Part shown: piece after piece, positions 51,204-61,518 of the stretch
Position numbering within the stretch: position 1 is the first letter of the stretch
Layout of the letters: the number at the start of each line of letters is the position of its first letter
Source of the DNA: Cenarchaeum sp.
GTDB taxonomy: Archaea > Thermoproteota > Nitrososphaeria > Nitrososphaerales > Nitrosopumilaceae
Assembly (NCBI GenBank): GCA_965206845.1
Contig: OZ242221.1
Coordinates: 448,001 to 512,000 of the forward strand
Direction: 5' to 3'
Length of the DNA stretch: 64,000 nucleotides
Translations under genes and position numbers: made by a program
The notes under the pieces: model-generated
The model's input: only the letters and a program-made list of their open reading frames with translations
Database searches by the model: none
What the model was told of the DNA's origin: nothing

Positions 51204-51818
51204 TACAGCACGATCGTCCACAGCGTTAATAAGTTCAGTCTAAATGGAGGCTGTGTCCTATGAATAAAAGCCACCACTCCCTGCATGGTGACTGAGGCAC
51301 CGGGCCCAAGCCTCCCGGCCCCGCGCAGAATCAAGCGGTCATCGCCGTCTGACCGTGCAATGTAACGACATTGCAAGCCCTCCATGGCATGCGTAACCGG
51401 GGCACCTAAAACACACGACATGCGCGGTGCGTAAAATTCCTCACCGCCGGCACAAAAAATTACCCTCGACATGGCGTGGCACGTTATTTAGCTTCATGAA
51501 ACCGATCAGTTACATAAGGTTCCTTTTTTTTTATCCCGCTGTCCGTGATGCCATAACAGGCCGCCCGTGTCTGGGAGCATCGTTTGAGCCAAACCTGTAG
51601 ATTCTGCACAGGTCGATCTATTTTTGCCGTCCGACGGCGCATCTGCCGGACTGGTCTCATGTTGACGCGGCAATGGCCGTCAAGAGTGCAGGATATCCCC
51701 GCCATCATGCAGTCCCGGCTTGCCGCCACTGGGGGCCGGGCACTGGTGCAGGTATTCCGGACTTGAGGACACGCAGTCTAGGTAGGTATAATAGTGCCTG
51801 CTGGTCTTTTAAAGTTAA

Positions 51819-52676
51819 TTGTCCAGATACGAGTCTCCAAGAGTCAATGCCGGTGCGGCAAAGGTGGTCTTAATAGTGCTCATCGTACTGGTTGTGGTGG
51901 GCTTGGTGGCTGCTTCTTCGGTAAAGATTGTGGATGCCGGAACAAGGGGCGTCCTGCTTCACTGGAGTGCGGTAGATCTGACACAGCCGCCACTTGAGGA
52001 GGGCTTGCATTTTGTGACACCATTTGCCGATGATGTCATCAACATAGAGGTTAGGACACTCAAGTATGAGAAATCTACAACGGCTGCCTCCAAAGACCTG
52101 CAGACTGTCAGAACCACAGTGACCGTAAACTATCACCCTGAGAAGGAGATGATCCACTACCTCTACAAGGATCTGGGACTTGACTATGAGAACAGGGTCA
52201 TCCAGCCGGCAATCGAGGAGACAGTCAAGCAGGTAACTGCCAACTATAACGCAGAGGAGCTCATCACAAAGAGGCCGCAAGTAAAGGCAGACATCCAGGA
52301 CGAGATCACCGACAGGCTCAACGCGTTTAACCTGGCAACAGAGGTAATCTCGATTACGGACTTTGAATTTTCACTCCTATTCTCCCAGGCAATAGAGTCA
52401 AAGGTGGAGGCAGAGCAAAAGGCATTCAGGGCGGAGAACGACCTGTTAAGAATCCAGGTTGAGGCGCAGCAGCAAGAGGCCCAGGCCTTCGGCATCGCAA
52501 ACGCCAACATTGCGGAGGCAGAGGGAGAGGCAAAGGCGATCAGGATCATCAACCAGGCCCTAGCAGAGAACCCGAACTACCTGGAGTGGTTCAAGACACG
52601 GGCATGGGATGGAAAGCTGCCGCTGGTGGTCGGCAGTGGCGGAACCCCGTTCATTCAGATACCTGTTACCCCGTAA
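51819..52676 (+). CDS. Prohibitin/SPFH (band 7) protein
   Basis: N-terminal TM, EGLHF, SKDLQTV, AIESKVEAEQ, WDGKLP. Confidence 0.9.
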   Translation: MSRYESPRVNAGAAKVVLIVLIVLVVVGLVAASSVKIVDAGTRGVLLHWSAVDLTQPPLEEGLHFVTPFADDVINIEVRTLKYEKSTTAASKDLQTVRTTVTVNYHPEKEMIHYLYKDLGLDYENRVIQPAIEETVKQVTANYNAEELITKRPQVKADIQDEITDRLNAFNLATEVISITDFEFSLLFSQAIESKVEAEQKAFRAENDLLRIQVEAQQQEAQAFGIANANIAEAEGEAKAIRIINQALAENPNYLEWFKTRAWDGKLPLVVGSGGTPFIQIPVTP

Positions 52677-52896
52677 CGCTGGGGAATTGCATGCCATGAA
52701 CGATACAAATAGTAACAGTTCGGTCTCATGAAGCAAAATCGCGCAACTTGAACAAGAATTATTCTGCGATACATGTGCCTTGTTCGAAACATATTTAGCT
52801 GAGAGTATTTTCTGACAAGGCGTGAACCTCGGACTTGATCCGACTCGAGTAGATTGGAACGATCCCAGCGTAGAATACTTGCTGAAGTACTTTAAG

Positions 52897-53580
52897 ATGA
52901 CAACGACTGATCGTGATGACAAGCTTGAGTCACTGATGAGATCAAACAACCAGATGGCATCTGAAAAAGAACAGATGGCATCCAAGAACAAGGAACTGGA
53001 AGAAGGGTGCTCGCACCTTGAGGCAAAATGCGGCAGACTCATCGAAATGTACAACAGATTGCTTGACGGTGCCAGCAACGGCGTCGCCTCTGGCAATCCC
53101 CCGGAAGATCCTGACGCAGGATCCAAGACGACGCCCAAGCAGCGCCCCGAAGGTGGCAGGAAGAGCAGCTACAACGTGAGGGAGCTTGCCGGATATCCCC
53201 GGCCCAAGCCTCCTGCAAGAAGCGAGAATGGTCATCTACGGAGAGACCACGTGGTGCACGAGACGATGACTGCAGACGAGCTTGCATGCCGCAAGTGCAG
53301 ATTCACGCCATCCCGGCCCACGGCCACGTACACAAAGACCACCGAGTATCTGGTGGATCGCCAATGGCAAGAGGCAGCCCGGGTGATCACGCGGAGGTAC
53401 TGCAAAAAGTGCCGCAGGCAGCAAGCGGCCCGGACCGGGGGCGTCCTGCCAAACGAGCACTACGGGATAAACGTCATGGCCCAGACAGTGACACTGCGGT
53501 GCATGATCGACTCGTTTGAAAGGATCCGCAAGATATTCCACATGTTTCACGGGGTGCTCATCCCAAGGTACCTGGTAGAG
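52897..53580 (+). pseudogene. Truncated IS66-like transposase
   Basis: Coiled coil, CRKC...RRYCKKC zinc finger and YGINV; the catalytic region is missing. Confidence 0.6.
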
Positions 53581-53603
53581 TTAAATTATGACCCAGGATA
53601 CCC

Positions 53604-54647
53604 GTGGTAAAATTGTCAAAAAAGGCCGTGGTGATGCGGGGCGACGGAATTGGCCCCGAGATCGTCGATGTGATGCTCAGGATACTTCGGGACTGCAACC
53701 TGCAGTCGGAGATCATCATGTGCGAGGCGGGATCAGAGCAGTGGGACAGAAACGGCAGAAGGGACGAGTCGTACATCCCAGACGGGACCATGGACATGCT
53801 AAGGGAAGTCGACGCCTGCTTCAAGGGGCCCACCACGACCATTCCGGTTCCCGGAGCCCCCAGGAGCGTGGCAGTCACGCTGCGGCAGAAGTTTGATCTG
53901 TACGCAAACATACGGCCCACAAGAACCTACGACAGGCTGACCCCCAACACAAGGCTGGACTGCGTCTGCTTCAGGGAGGCCACGGAAGGCCTGTACGCTG
54001 GCGTGGAGGCCAGGATCACAGATGATGCGGCAATCGCCATAAGAAAGATCACAAGGAATGGCTGCAGGAGGCTGATGGCCGCCGCAGCAGACTGGGCCAG
54101 GCAGCGCCACATGACAAAGTTTGTAGCGATCACAAAGAGGAACATCCTCAAGCAGACCGACGGCATATTCTGGGAAGAGGCACAGCGCGGCGTAAAGGAC
54201 GTGCCCGGCGCCCGGATTTCAGAGATATACATAGACAACATGGCGCAGCAGATGGTCGTGGCGCCAGAACAGTTTAACGGCGCGGTGCTGGTCAGCACAA
54301 ACCTGTTCATGGACATAATCTCGGAGCTTGCGTCTGGGCTGGTGGGCTCCATCGGGCTCATCTACTCGGCAAACATCGGCGACTCGTACGCCATGTTTGA
54401 GGCGGCCCACGGCAGCGCGCCCTCCTTTGCGGGGCAGAACCGGGTCAATCCCACGGCCGCCATACTCTCCGGGGCGTGGATGGCCGAGTACCTGGGCGAG
54501 GCGCCGGTGCGAGACGCCATATTTGAGGCGACAGAGCGCGTCATCAACGAGGGAAGGTATGTCACGTTTGACATAGGCGGAAGCGCCGGAACCGACCGGA
54601 TGGCAAGCGAGATATCCGCAGTAGCGCAAAAGCTGCTAAGAAGATAG
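53604..54647 (+). CDS. Isocitrate/isopropylmalate/homoisocitrate dehydrogenase family enzyme
   Basis: GDGIGPEI, LRQKFDLYANIRP, REATEGLY, NLFMDIISE, EAAHGSAP. Substrate cannot be resolved by eye. Confidence 0.88.
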   Translation: MVKLSKKAVVMRGDGIGPEIVDVMLRILRDCNLQSEIIMCEAGSEQWDRNGRRDESYIPDGTMDMLREVDACFKGPTTTIPVPGAPRSVAVTLRQKFDLYANIRPTRTYDRLTPNTRLDCVCFREATEGLYAGVEARITDDAAIAIRKITRNGCRRLMAAAADWARQRHMTKFVAITKRNILKQTDGIFWEEAQRGVKDVPGARISEIYIDNMAQQMVVAPEQFNGAVLVSTNLFMDIISELASGLVGSIGLIYSANIGDSYAMFEAAHGSAPSFAGQNRVNPTAAILSGAWMAEYLGEAPVRDAIFEATERVINEGRYVTFDIGGSAGTDRMASEISAVAQKLLRR

Positions 54648-55169
54648 CCGGGCCTCCACCAGGATCAGCTCCTCAAAGAAGAGCCTCTTTTTTGCAAGTA
54701 TGCGGGTCCGCATCCCCAGCCCCTCGGTCTGCCGGATCAGCCCGGGATAGTCTGACAGGGACGAGGTGACGAAGAGGAGCCTGCCGCCGGGCTTGAGGCG
54801 CGGGACCGCAGACCTGATCATCCGCAGCGGCGCCGGAATCCCGCCGGACCCGCCGTCGGTCGCAACGTCTAGTATCACATCCGTGGCAAGGTACGGCGGG
54901 TTGCACACTATGAGGTCAAACCGGCAGGAGAGTGCATCGGCGCCGCTGCAGCACACCAAGTTCTCCGTCCTGTATGACTGGTTTTGGAGGGCGTCAAGGT
55001 TGATGTCCGTCCCGACCACCAGGTCAAAGGATCTTGCAAGCGTTCGCGTGAGGTATCCCGAGCCGCTGCCCATGTCTAGCGCGCGCTCCCCTTGCAGGCC
55101 CAAGATATGATCCTCCAGAAAGAAGGTGTCCTCTGCGGGAAGGTATGCGTCACCTGATCGTCTCTGCAA
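54636..55169 (-). CDS. HemK2/Mtq2-family methyltransferase
   Basis: YLPAEDTF, LDMGSGSG, NPPY, DGG. Confidence 0.85.
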   Translation of the reverse strand: MQRRSGDAYLPAEDTFFLEDHILGLQGERALDMGSGSGYLTRTLARSFDLVVGTDINLDALQNQSYRTENLVCCSGADALSCRFDLIVCNPPYLATDVILDVATDGGSGGIPAPLRMIRSAVPRLKPGGRLLFVTSSLSDYPGLIRQTEGLGMRTRILAKKRLFFEELILVEARLSS

Positions 55170-55842
55170 TCCTGACTATCTCCTCGTCGGTAAGCTCGTC
55201 AAGCCTCTGGCTGCCCTCATACTCGACGCCAAACTCCTTCAGGATGTTCCGCACCGTCTTTCTCCTGTGCGAGAACAGTCGGTTGATGGCAGATACCATG
55301 TCCCGGGTGGCGCGGTTCCTCTGCGTGACCCTGAGTACCACAGAGTCCACCTCCGGCGGCGGTTCGAACCCGTCCCCGGGGACGCTGTGCAGGGCCTCCA
55401 TGTCAAAGGCCCAAGAGGCCAGAACTGAGATGGCCCGGCGGTCCCGGTCCTTGGCGGTCAGCTTGTCGGCAAACTCTTGCTGAACCATGATGATGGCCTT
55501 GGAGAACTCCTGTCGGGAGAGCCACTCCACAGCCCTGCGGCTCTGTGAGTAGGGCAGGGCCGAGACGAGTATGTCAAATGATGCATCATCAGAGAACCCG
55601 TCCCCGCAGACAAGGTCCAGGTTGCCGGGGTTTGGCTTGCTCTTCAGGCACATGTACAGGTAGCGATCCAGCTCCACTGCGGTCACCTTTTTTGCGCGCC
55701 TGCAGATGTGGCCTGTGAGCTCCCCCCTGCCGGGCCCTATCTCCAGCACCGTGTCCTGGTCCGTTATGCCTGCGGCATCGACTATGCGCCTGGCGGCATC
55801 GTCGGATTTTAAAAAGTGCTGGCCCAGTCTTCTCCTCTTCAT
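55150..55842 (-). CDS. rsmA: 16S rRNA m6,2A dimethyltransferase
   Basis: LGQHFL, LEIGPGRG, LPY, MVQQEFA, PPPEVDS, RRKT. Confidence 0.9.
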   Translation of the reverse strand: MKRRRLGQHFLKSDDAARRIVDAAGITDQDTVLEIGPGRGELTGHICRRAKKVTAVELDRYLYMCLKSKPNPGNLDLVCGDGFSDDASFDILVSALPYSQSRRAVEWLSRQEFSKAIIMVQQEFADKLTAKDRDRRAISVLASWAFDMEALHSVPGDGFEPPPEVDSVVLRVTQRNRATRDMVSAINRLFSHRRKTVRNILKEFGVEYEGSQRLDELTDEEIVRIAETIR

Positions 55843-56411
55843 CTCTTGACGAAGAGGTTTATTCTTGTCTCGCCGCTGATCTCTTCCATGATTCTCTGCG
55901 AGATGTGCTTTATGGGCTCCTTGAACCCCACCCTCTCGTACAGCTCGTCAAAGCTCTCGAACTTTTTCTTCTCCCGCTCCTCCAGCATGGTCTGCATGTA
56001 TGTCTTGCCGATTCCCGGAATGAGATCCAGAGCGTGGATTCTCGGGGTCAGCGGCTGGGCCGTATTGAGGTATTCGATGAACCGCCCCTCATTCTCGGTC
56101 ACTATCGTCTCCACTACGGATGGAAGCTCGCCCTGCGCCGCGTGGGATATTCTCGAGTACTCGATCTTGCCCAGCACCGACTGGACCTTCTTTCGCCCCT
56201 CCTTGCCTATGTAGATCTTCTCGCCCATCGTAAACGTCGAGTTTTCGGCTCCCAGGATCTCCAGCAGCGTAAACCTGTCCTCCCCGATGGCGGTGACGAT
56301 GATCCCCTCTCGCCCCCGCACGGTAACCGATTTGGCCCTGGGGTTGAAATCCAGCACATAAGCCCGCTCCTCATACCTCCTAGGTGGCATGTGTACTCTC
56401 TGCAAGCCCAC
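55839..56411 (-). CDS. DUF655 family putative RNA-binding protein
   Basis: EERAYVLDF, FTLLE, RIHALDLIPGIGK; conserved rpl21e-rpo4-DUF655-rsmA gene order. Confidence 0.88.
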   Translation of the reverse strand: MGLQRVHMPPRRYEERAYVLDFNPRAKSVTVRGREGIIVTAIGEDRFTLLEILGAENSTFTMGEKIYIGKEGRKKVQSVLGKIEYSRISHAAQGELPSVVETIVTENEGRFIEYLNTAQPLTPRIHALDLIPGIGKTYMQTMLEEREKKKFESFDELYERVGFKEPIKHISQRIMEEISGETRINLFVKR

Positions 56412-56420
56412 ATCCGCCGC

Positions 56421-56747
56421 CTAAGAGTTCTCCTTGAGGATCTTTAGTATCTTTTCAAGCGTCTCTGCAAGGATTAGCTTCTTCCAGCCAAAGGTAAACG
56501 AGCGCAGCTCAGTCATCGTGGTGGGCAGTATGTTCACTATCTCCACTGCCTCTTCCTCGGTCAGGTCGCACTCACCCACCAACCGCTGCATCATTACTTT
56601 TGCGCTGTCGTGATCCACCTTGCCAAACTTGGAGACGTAATCAAACGTCCAGCGCTGTATCTGATCCATGGAGTCAGGCTCGTTCCTGCCCAGTATCTCC
56701 TTTACCACCGATACGGGCACCGGTTGCTTCTTTTTTACTTCTTCCAT
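56421..56747 (-). CDS. rpo4: RNA polymerase subunit Rpo4 (RpoF)
   Basis: IQRWTFDYVSKF, AVEIVNILP...ELRS; synteny. Confidence 0.88.
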   Translation of the reverse strand: MEEVKKKQPVPVSVVKEILGRNEPDSMDQIQRWTFDYVSKFGKVDHDSAKVMMQRLVGECDLTEEEAVEIVNILPTTMTELRSFTFGWKKLILAETLEKILKILKENS

Positions 56748-56750
56748 CTC

Positions 56751-57050
56751 TCATACACCAAACGGTTTGATATGGTCAAGCCTAGTGATTAAGGTTTTCG
56801 GCTTGGATCCCAGCTTTACGTTCAGGGTTACGGCCCTGCGGCCGACTGCCATGACTATTCCCACCTTGCCGTGGTACCGCCTGTGCGGAAGGCCCTTATG
56901 CTGACGCGGGTCGATGATCACAAGTGCCCGATCCCCCAGGTGGTACTCCTGCATCAGGAACGACACCCCGCGAGGATGCTTTTTGGTCATCAGCGATCTG
57001 GACTTGTGCCTGAAGCCGTGGGATCTGCCCGAGGGCTTTTTTGTGGTCAT
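56751..57050 (-). CDS. rpl21e: 50S ribosomal protein L21e
   Basis: SHGFRHKSR, HKGLPHRRYHGKVG, DHIKP. Confidence 0.93.
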   Translation of the reverse strand: MTTKKPSGRSHGFRHKSRSLMTKKHPRGVSFLMQEYHLGDRALVIIDPRQHKGLPHRRYHGKVGIVMAVGRRAVTLNVKLGSKPKTLITRLDHIKPFGV

Positions 57051-57305
57051 ACCTGTGTTGGGCGCCCCGAACCCTATTTTAAGACTTTGTGGCCTTTCAG
57101 TCAGACAAATGTCTGGCTGCGCCCGCAGTGATGCGCCAAGCCGAATCAGTGGCACCCGGGGACAGGCATAGCCCGCACACTTCGGCTCGCGCCTGCGCGC
57201 AAACAAAGGCAGGGCAGCCGTCCGGGATGGGCGCCTCCCAGAATTTTGGTGGTTGCTTTGAAAAAAAAATGGGACAAGTGTCCCATGGGTGGTTATGATC
57301 GGCAT

Positions 57306-58394
57306 CTACTCGAGGTCGTCCGTGTCTGGAATGTCGTCGGGTGCGTCATTTGATTTTGCACCCTTGGGTGCCTTTTTGGCAGTCTCCTCTGCTTTGATGG
57401 CTTCCTTCTCGAGTTTCTTCAGGTGATCCTCTGTGTCTTGCACGCCTTTCGCGCCAAGCTCAAAGACCTCTTCAGATGCTGGGTGGTGCGGGCTGTCAAC
57501 AATCTTGGCAACTCGCTTGTTCTTTCCGCCTTTTCTAAAGTAGATCCTGTACGTGCTTGCGTGCCCCACGATGTTGCCACCTACGGGCTTTGTGGGATCC
57601 CCAAAGAACGTGTCTGGACTGGTCGAGACCTGATTTGTTGCCACAACGGCACAGTTGTACATCTCTGCAATCCTTGCCAGCAGTCGTATGTACCTTCCAA
57701 GCTTCTGCTGCCTGTTTGCCAGTGTTCCACGCCCCAGATACTCTGCTCTGAACAGTCCGGTTGTGGAATCAGACACGATCAGCTTGATGTTCTCTTCTCG
57801 GATTATCTTGCCTGCCTCTTCCAGTATGAGGACCTGGTGCGCGCTGTTGTATGCCCGTGCAACAATTATGTTGTCCAGGGCCTTGGAGGGATCCATGTTG
57901 TGCACCTTTGCGATCTCTATGATCCTCTCGGGACGGAACGTGCCTTCGGTATCGATGTACAGCACGCCTCCTGCCAGTCCTCCCTCTTCCAAGGATTTCT
58001 GGACCGTTACACAGAGGGCGTGACAGAACTGTGTCTTTCCACAGCCAAACTCGCCGTACACCTCGGTTATTGCCTGGGTCTCTATGCCGCCCAAAAGAAG
58101 GCTGTCAAGGGAATCGGTTCCGGTGGTTATTCGTCCGATGGACTGCCGCTTTTTGTAGATCTCAGACGCGGACGCAAAGTCCTTTGTGATTGCGCCGGTA
58201 TCTACAAGATGCCTTCTTGCCAGGGCGACTATCTTGCCGCATGTCTCCGTGGTCATGTTTGAGATCTCCTCAAGCTCTACTGGTCCTCTGACGACTATAT
58301 CCATCAGGTTATGAACCCCTGCGTCCTCTAGTCTCTTTTTGGTTACTGGTCCTACCCCGTCAAGGTCGGACAAGTCGAAGTTATCAACACTCAT
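57306..58394 (-). CDS. radA: DNA repair and recombination protein RadA
   Basis: HhH N-domain, GEFGCGKTQ, YIDTEGTFRPER, RAEYLGRG, TNQV, GGNIVGH. Confidence 0.96.
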   Translation of the reverse strand: MSVDNFDLSDLDGVGPVTKKRLEDAGVHNLMDIVVRGPVELEEISNMTTETCGKIVALARRHLVDTGAITKDFASASEIYKKRQSIGRITTGTDSLDSLLLGGIETQAITEVYGEFGCGKTQFCHALCVTVQKSLEEGGLAGGVLYIDTEGTFRPERIIEIAKVHNMDPSKALDNIIVARAYNSAHQVLILEEAGKIIREENIKLIVSDSTTGLFRAEYLGRGTLANRQQKLGRYIRLLARIAEMYNCAVVATNQVSTSPDTFFGDPTKPVGGNIVGHASTYRIYFRKGGKNKRVAKIVDSPHHPASEEVFELGAKGVQDTEDHLKKLEKEAIKAEETAKKAPKGAKSNDAPDDIPDTDDLE

Positions 58395-58439
58395 ACAGTA
58401 TGGTACGGTACTGCACATATAAACATAACGAAAGAGTTA

Positions 58440-59574
58440 GTGTGTTGCATAATTCCCCCTGCTCGCTTAGAACATGCACGGGCCTTGCATATTTTGGACT
58501 ACACCGCACCTGCCCCCATGTCTACCAGCCTATTGTACGTGGCCACCTTGATCCTGACTTCCTGCACCACGTTCTTCCACTTTAGCGAGTACAGGTGCTC
58601 GCCGAACATCCGCTTGAATGCAGAGAACACGATCTCCGCCAGCCATCTCTTGCCGTACTCGACCTTCTTTTTCCATTCCTCCCGGAAGCGCCTTTTCTCG
58701 CCGTCTGACACCTTCCACACGTGGTTGTCAGCGGATCCGCCAAGCTGCTTCCTGACTGCGATCCCCCATGCGTCGCCGGTCCCTTTCCCGCGCGCCATCG
58801 AGTTTACCCTGAGCTTGATGCGCGAACCCACGCCGCGATCCCCGCATGCAGTCACGTTGCTTCTGGAAGCGTAAGCGGCATCCCCGTGCAGGCAGCATCC
58901 TGCGTCTGCCGGCCCGGCGGCGGAATCCTGCGCCTGGCCTGTCCGCATCGCAACCTCCAAGGCCTCGTCAAGCAGCGGAATGAGCATCGGCGAGTCTCCG
59001 GTTCTGTCGTCGGTGACCTGGACTGCCAGTATCTTCTTCGTGTCCACGTCCACCATCACGTGGAGCTTGACGAATCCTCTCCGGACCTTCCATTTGTGTC
59101 TGATCCACTCCCCCCTGTTGTGCTGCTTTAGGCCGGTGGAGTCGACTGCGAGGCGGACCGGCACTGTCCCGCCGCCCGTGACGGTAAACACGCTGCCATT
59201 CCTTTTGACCTCCAATGCCTGGAACCTCCTGCATATGGTCGTGTAGCAGGGCGTGTCCCAGTCACCTAGCGTCTCAATCAGCATTCCCTGCAGGTGCCTG
59301 TACGGCAATCCTGTCATCGATTTTACCGCCGCCAGGGCCGCAAACAGTGACTCGGCGTACTGGAACGGCGCGCCCACCTTGTTCCTGTTGGCGACCATCA
59401 CCTCCTCGTGCCTTTGCGGATCGTCCCGGATGATCAGCGCTTGGCCGCGCTTGACGTATTTCTCGTTGTCAGTCATCAGCAATCTGTGTCTGATCCACTG
59501 ATCCTTAGCTTTTTCGGTCTCGGACGGAGTGGGGATATTCACGGTAATGTGCTAGGAGGAATTATGCAACACAC
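58440..59574 (-). mobile_element. IS5-family element with IS903-like transposase, intact copy; ORF 58499-59542 (347 aa)
   Basis: Perfect TIR GTGTGTTGCATAATTCC and TA duplication. Motifs VDSTGLK, GEW, KLH, GDAAY, YGKRWLAEIVFS. Confidence 0.95.
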
Positions 59575-59739
59575 TAGATCTTAAAGACAGCCCCCGCAGT
59601 CCGAAAAGTAGCACATTTCCCGTGTGGGACACCGTTACCGGAGAGCGCCGTGTCGTGGAAGACGCCTGTCAGGGTGCGGCACCTAGCGTAAGGATCCAAT
59701 TCCCCTAAGGTTAATTTAAGACAAGATCAGAGGGATCCC

Positions 59740-60492
59740 ATGAGACTGCAAGACAAGGTTGCAATCGTTACCGGCGCGTCAAGCGACATCGGTGTCAGCA
59801 TAACAGAGCGGTTTGTCCAGGAGGGAGCCAGTGTGGTGCTTCTCGGACGGGATCTTGGGCGCCTGAAGCGCGCCGCAGGAGGCAGCAAGAATGCGGTACC
59901 GATGACATGCGACGTCACCAGCGAGGCGCAGGTAATACAGGCAATAGACCAGATAATGGACAAGTACGGCAAGATCGACATACTGGTAAACGGGGCAGGA
60001 GCCATCAACGATCCTGTGCACCTGCACAAGATGCCCGATGCCGAGATAGATCGTCTGCTGGACGTGAACCTCTACGGCGTCCTCAGGCCGACCAAGGCCG
60101 TGCTGGCCAAGATGAGCGAGGCGCGCAGCGGATCCATAGTCAACATCGGATCCATCAGCAGCGAGCGCGCCATTCCACGGGTGCACTTGGCGGTGTACTC
60201 TGCAGCAAAGGCGGCAGTGAGCATGTTTACAAAGGCAGTAGCAGTGGAGTATGCCAGGCGCAACATCAGGTGCAACTGCGTGAACCCGGGCATCATCAAC
60301 TCGGGAATGATCAAGCCGTATCTGGAGGATCCCAATGCCCGGAGGGTGTTGGAGGACAGGCTCCCGCTGAACAGGGTGGGAGAACCGGAAGACGTCGCAA
60401 ACGCCGTGCTCTTTCTGGCGTCAGACGAGGCAAGCTGGATTACAGGGGTCGTGCTGAACGTGGACGGCGGCAAGACGGCATCCGAGGGCTAG
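59740..60492 (+). CDS. Short-chain dehydrogenase/reductase (FabG-like)
   Basis: TGASSDIG, VNGAG, YSAAK, NPG, VDGG. Confidence 0.9.
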   Translation: MRLQDKVAIVTGASSDIGVSITERFVQEGASVVLLGRDLGRLKRAAGGSKNAVPMTCDVTSEAQVIQAIDQIMDKYGKIDILVNGAGAINDPVHLHKMPDAEIDRLLDVNLYGVLRPTKAVLAKMSEARSGSIVNIGSISSERAIPRVHLAVYSAAKAAVSMFTKAVAVEYARRNIRCNCVNPGIINSGMIKPYLEDPNARRVLEDRLPLNRVGEPEDVANAVLFLASDEASWITGVVLNVDGGKTASEG

Positions 60493-61040
60493 CCGGAAGC
60501 GGTTCTGGCAAGCAGCTGCGCAACGCGGAGCGGCTCTGGCCGGGAGCCCTGCAGTGTAAGCCCGCAGAGAAGCTGCTGCGCGTCCTCTGCCGTGCATCCC
60601 TCGCACCTAACAAAGACATCGGATGCGCCAAGCGAGATCTGCTGGCGCCTTGCAAGGCTTTTGTATTGCACCATTTTTTTTGCACCAAACCTGCCCTCTA
60701 CGTCCCGTATGCCGCCTGAGTCACTGTAGGTGACGCCGATTACCGGGATCCCAAGGCTCCGGTGGATCCTCCCAATGTCGACTATGTTGTACCGCGAGAT
60801 GATCAGCCCCGAGAGCAACACATAGCTGATGTCCGGCCTGCCAAGCCTGCCATACATGTCCAGTACGGTGTCTGTGGCGTCGTCGCCTGAGAGCGTCGCA
60901 TGCCCCAGGACAAAGCCGTCGATCACAAGGTCCCTCCTCATGACGACGCCTGCCAGCACCGATCTGCGTGATCCGGGGGCAAAGCTCTCCGCGATGGCCA
61001 GTCCCCTCAGGCCCCTCTTCTCAAGGTGCAGGTGTCTCAT
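60489..61040 (-). CDS. DUF99 family protein (endonuclease V-like fold)
   Basis: AIAESF, GVVMRRDLVIDG, GDDAT, PEPLRVA. Confidence 0.8.
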   Translation of the reverse strand: MRHLHLEKRGLRGLAIAESFAPGSRRSVLAGVVMRRDLVIDGFVLGHATLSGDDATDTVLDMYGRLGRPDISYVLLSGLIISRYNIVDIGRIHRSLGIPVIGVTYSDSGGIRDVEGRFGAKKMVQYKSLARRQQISLGASDVFVRCEGCTAEDAQQLLCGLTLQGSRPEPLRVAQLLARTASG

Positions 61041-61140
61041 GTCTCCTCCTGTAGGCCCTGTATGCCACAGCCGAGGCGGTGATCAGAATGCCTGAAACCA
61101 CGGACCACACAAAAAACGGGACAGCCTCTGACTCTACCAT
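61021..61140 (-). CDS. Possible 39-aa single-TM microprotein
   Basis: MVESEAVPFFVWSVVSGILITASAVAYRAYRRRHETPAP; overlaps the DUF99 start. Confidence 0.35.
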   Translation of the reverse strand: MVESEAVPFFVWSVVSGILITASAVAYRAYRRRHETPAP

Positions 61141-61192
61141 ACCATACCAGAAGCTAATAACATCTAAATACATTTGACAATCACGCCAGACT

Positions 61193-61402
61193 ATGCCTGA
61201 AATCATATGCGGCGTATGCGGGGTGCGAATGTTCCACGAGAACGAGACCACCCTCAAGGTGGAGAATGCCATTCACAAAAAATTCTGCAGGAAGAAGCCC
61301 GGTGAGACCCACAGCTACATGCACCGGGATGTGGAGCACCAGGGCCCCTTTGACGCAGAGCGGGAGAGCGACGCCCAGGGCAACCCGGTTCTAAAAAAAT
61401 AG
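61193..61402 (+). CDS. Small hypothetical protein with a possible CxxC...HxxxC metal site
   Basis: ICGVC...IHKKFC in a 69-aa ORF. Confidence 0.55.
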   Translation: MPEIICGVCGVRMFHENETTLKVENAIHKKFCRKKPGETHSYMHRDVEHQGPFDAERESDAQGNPVLKK

Positions 61403-61518
61403 GCGCACGACAGATGGCGCCTGATCCTTCAAAGGCGGGCACTGCCGATCCGGTTGCGCCTGATCCCGCAAGATCCCCAGGGGCCTGCAGGCATCAGCAG
61501 AACTGAATTATATCCGGC

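Noticed and set aside
57051-57305. Possible SRP RNA or other ncRNA between rpl21e and radA
   Set aside because: No SRP helix-8 or other recognisable RNA motif was found.
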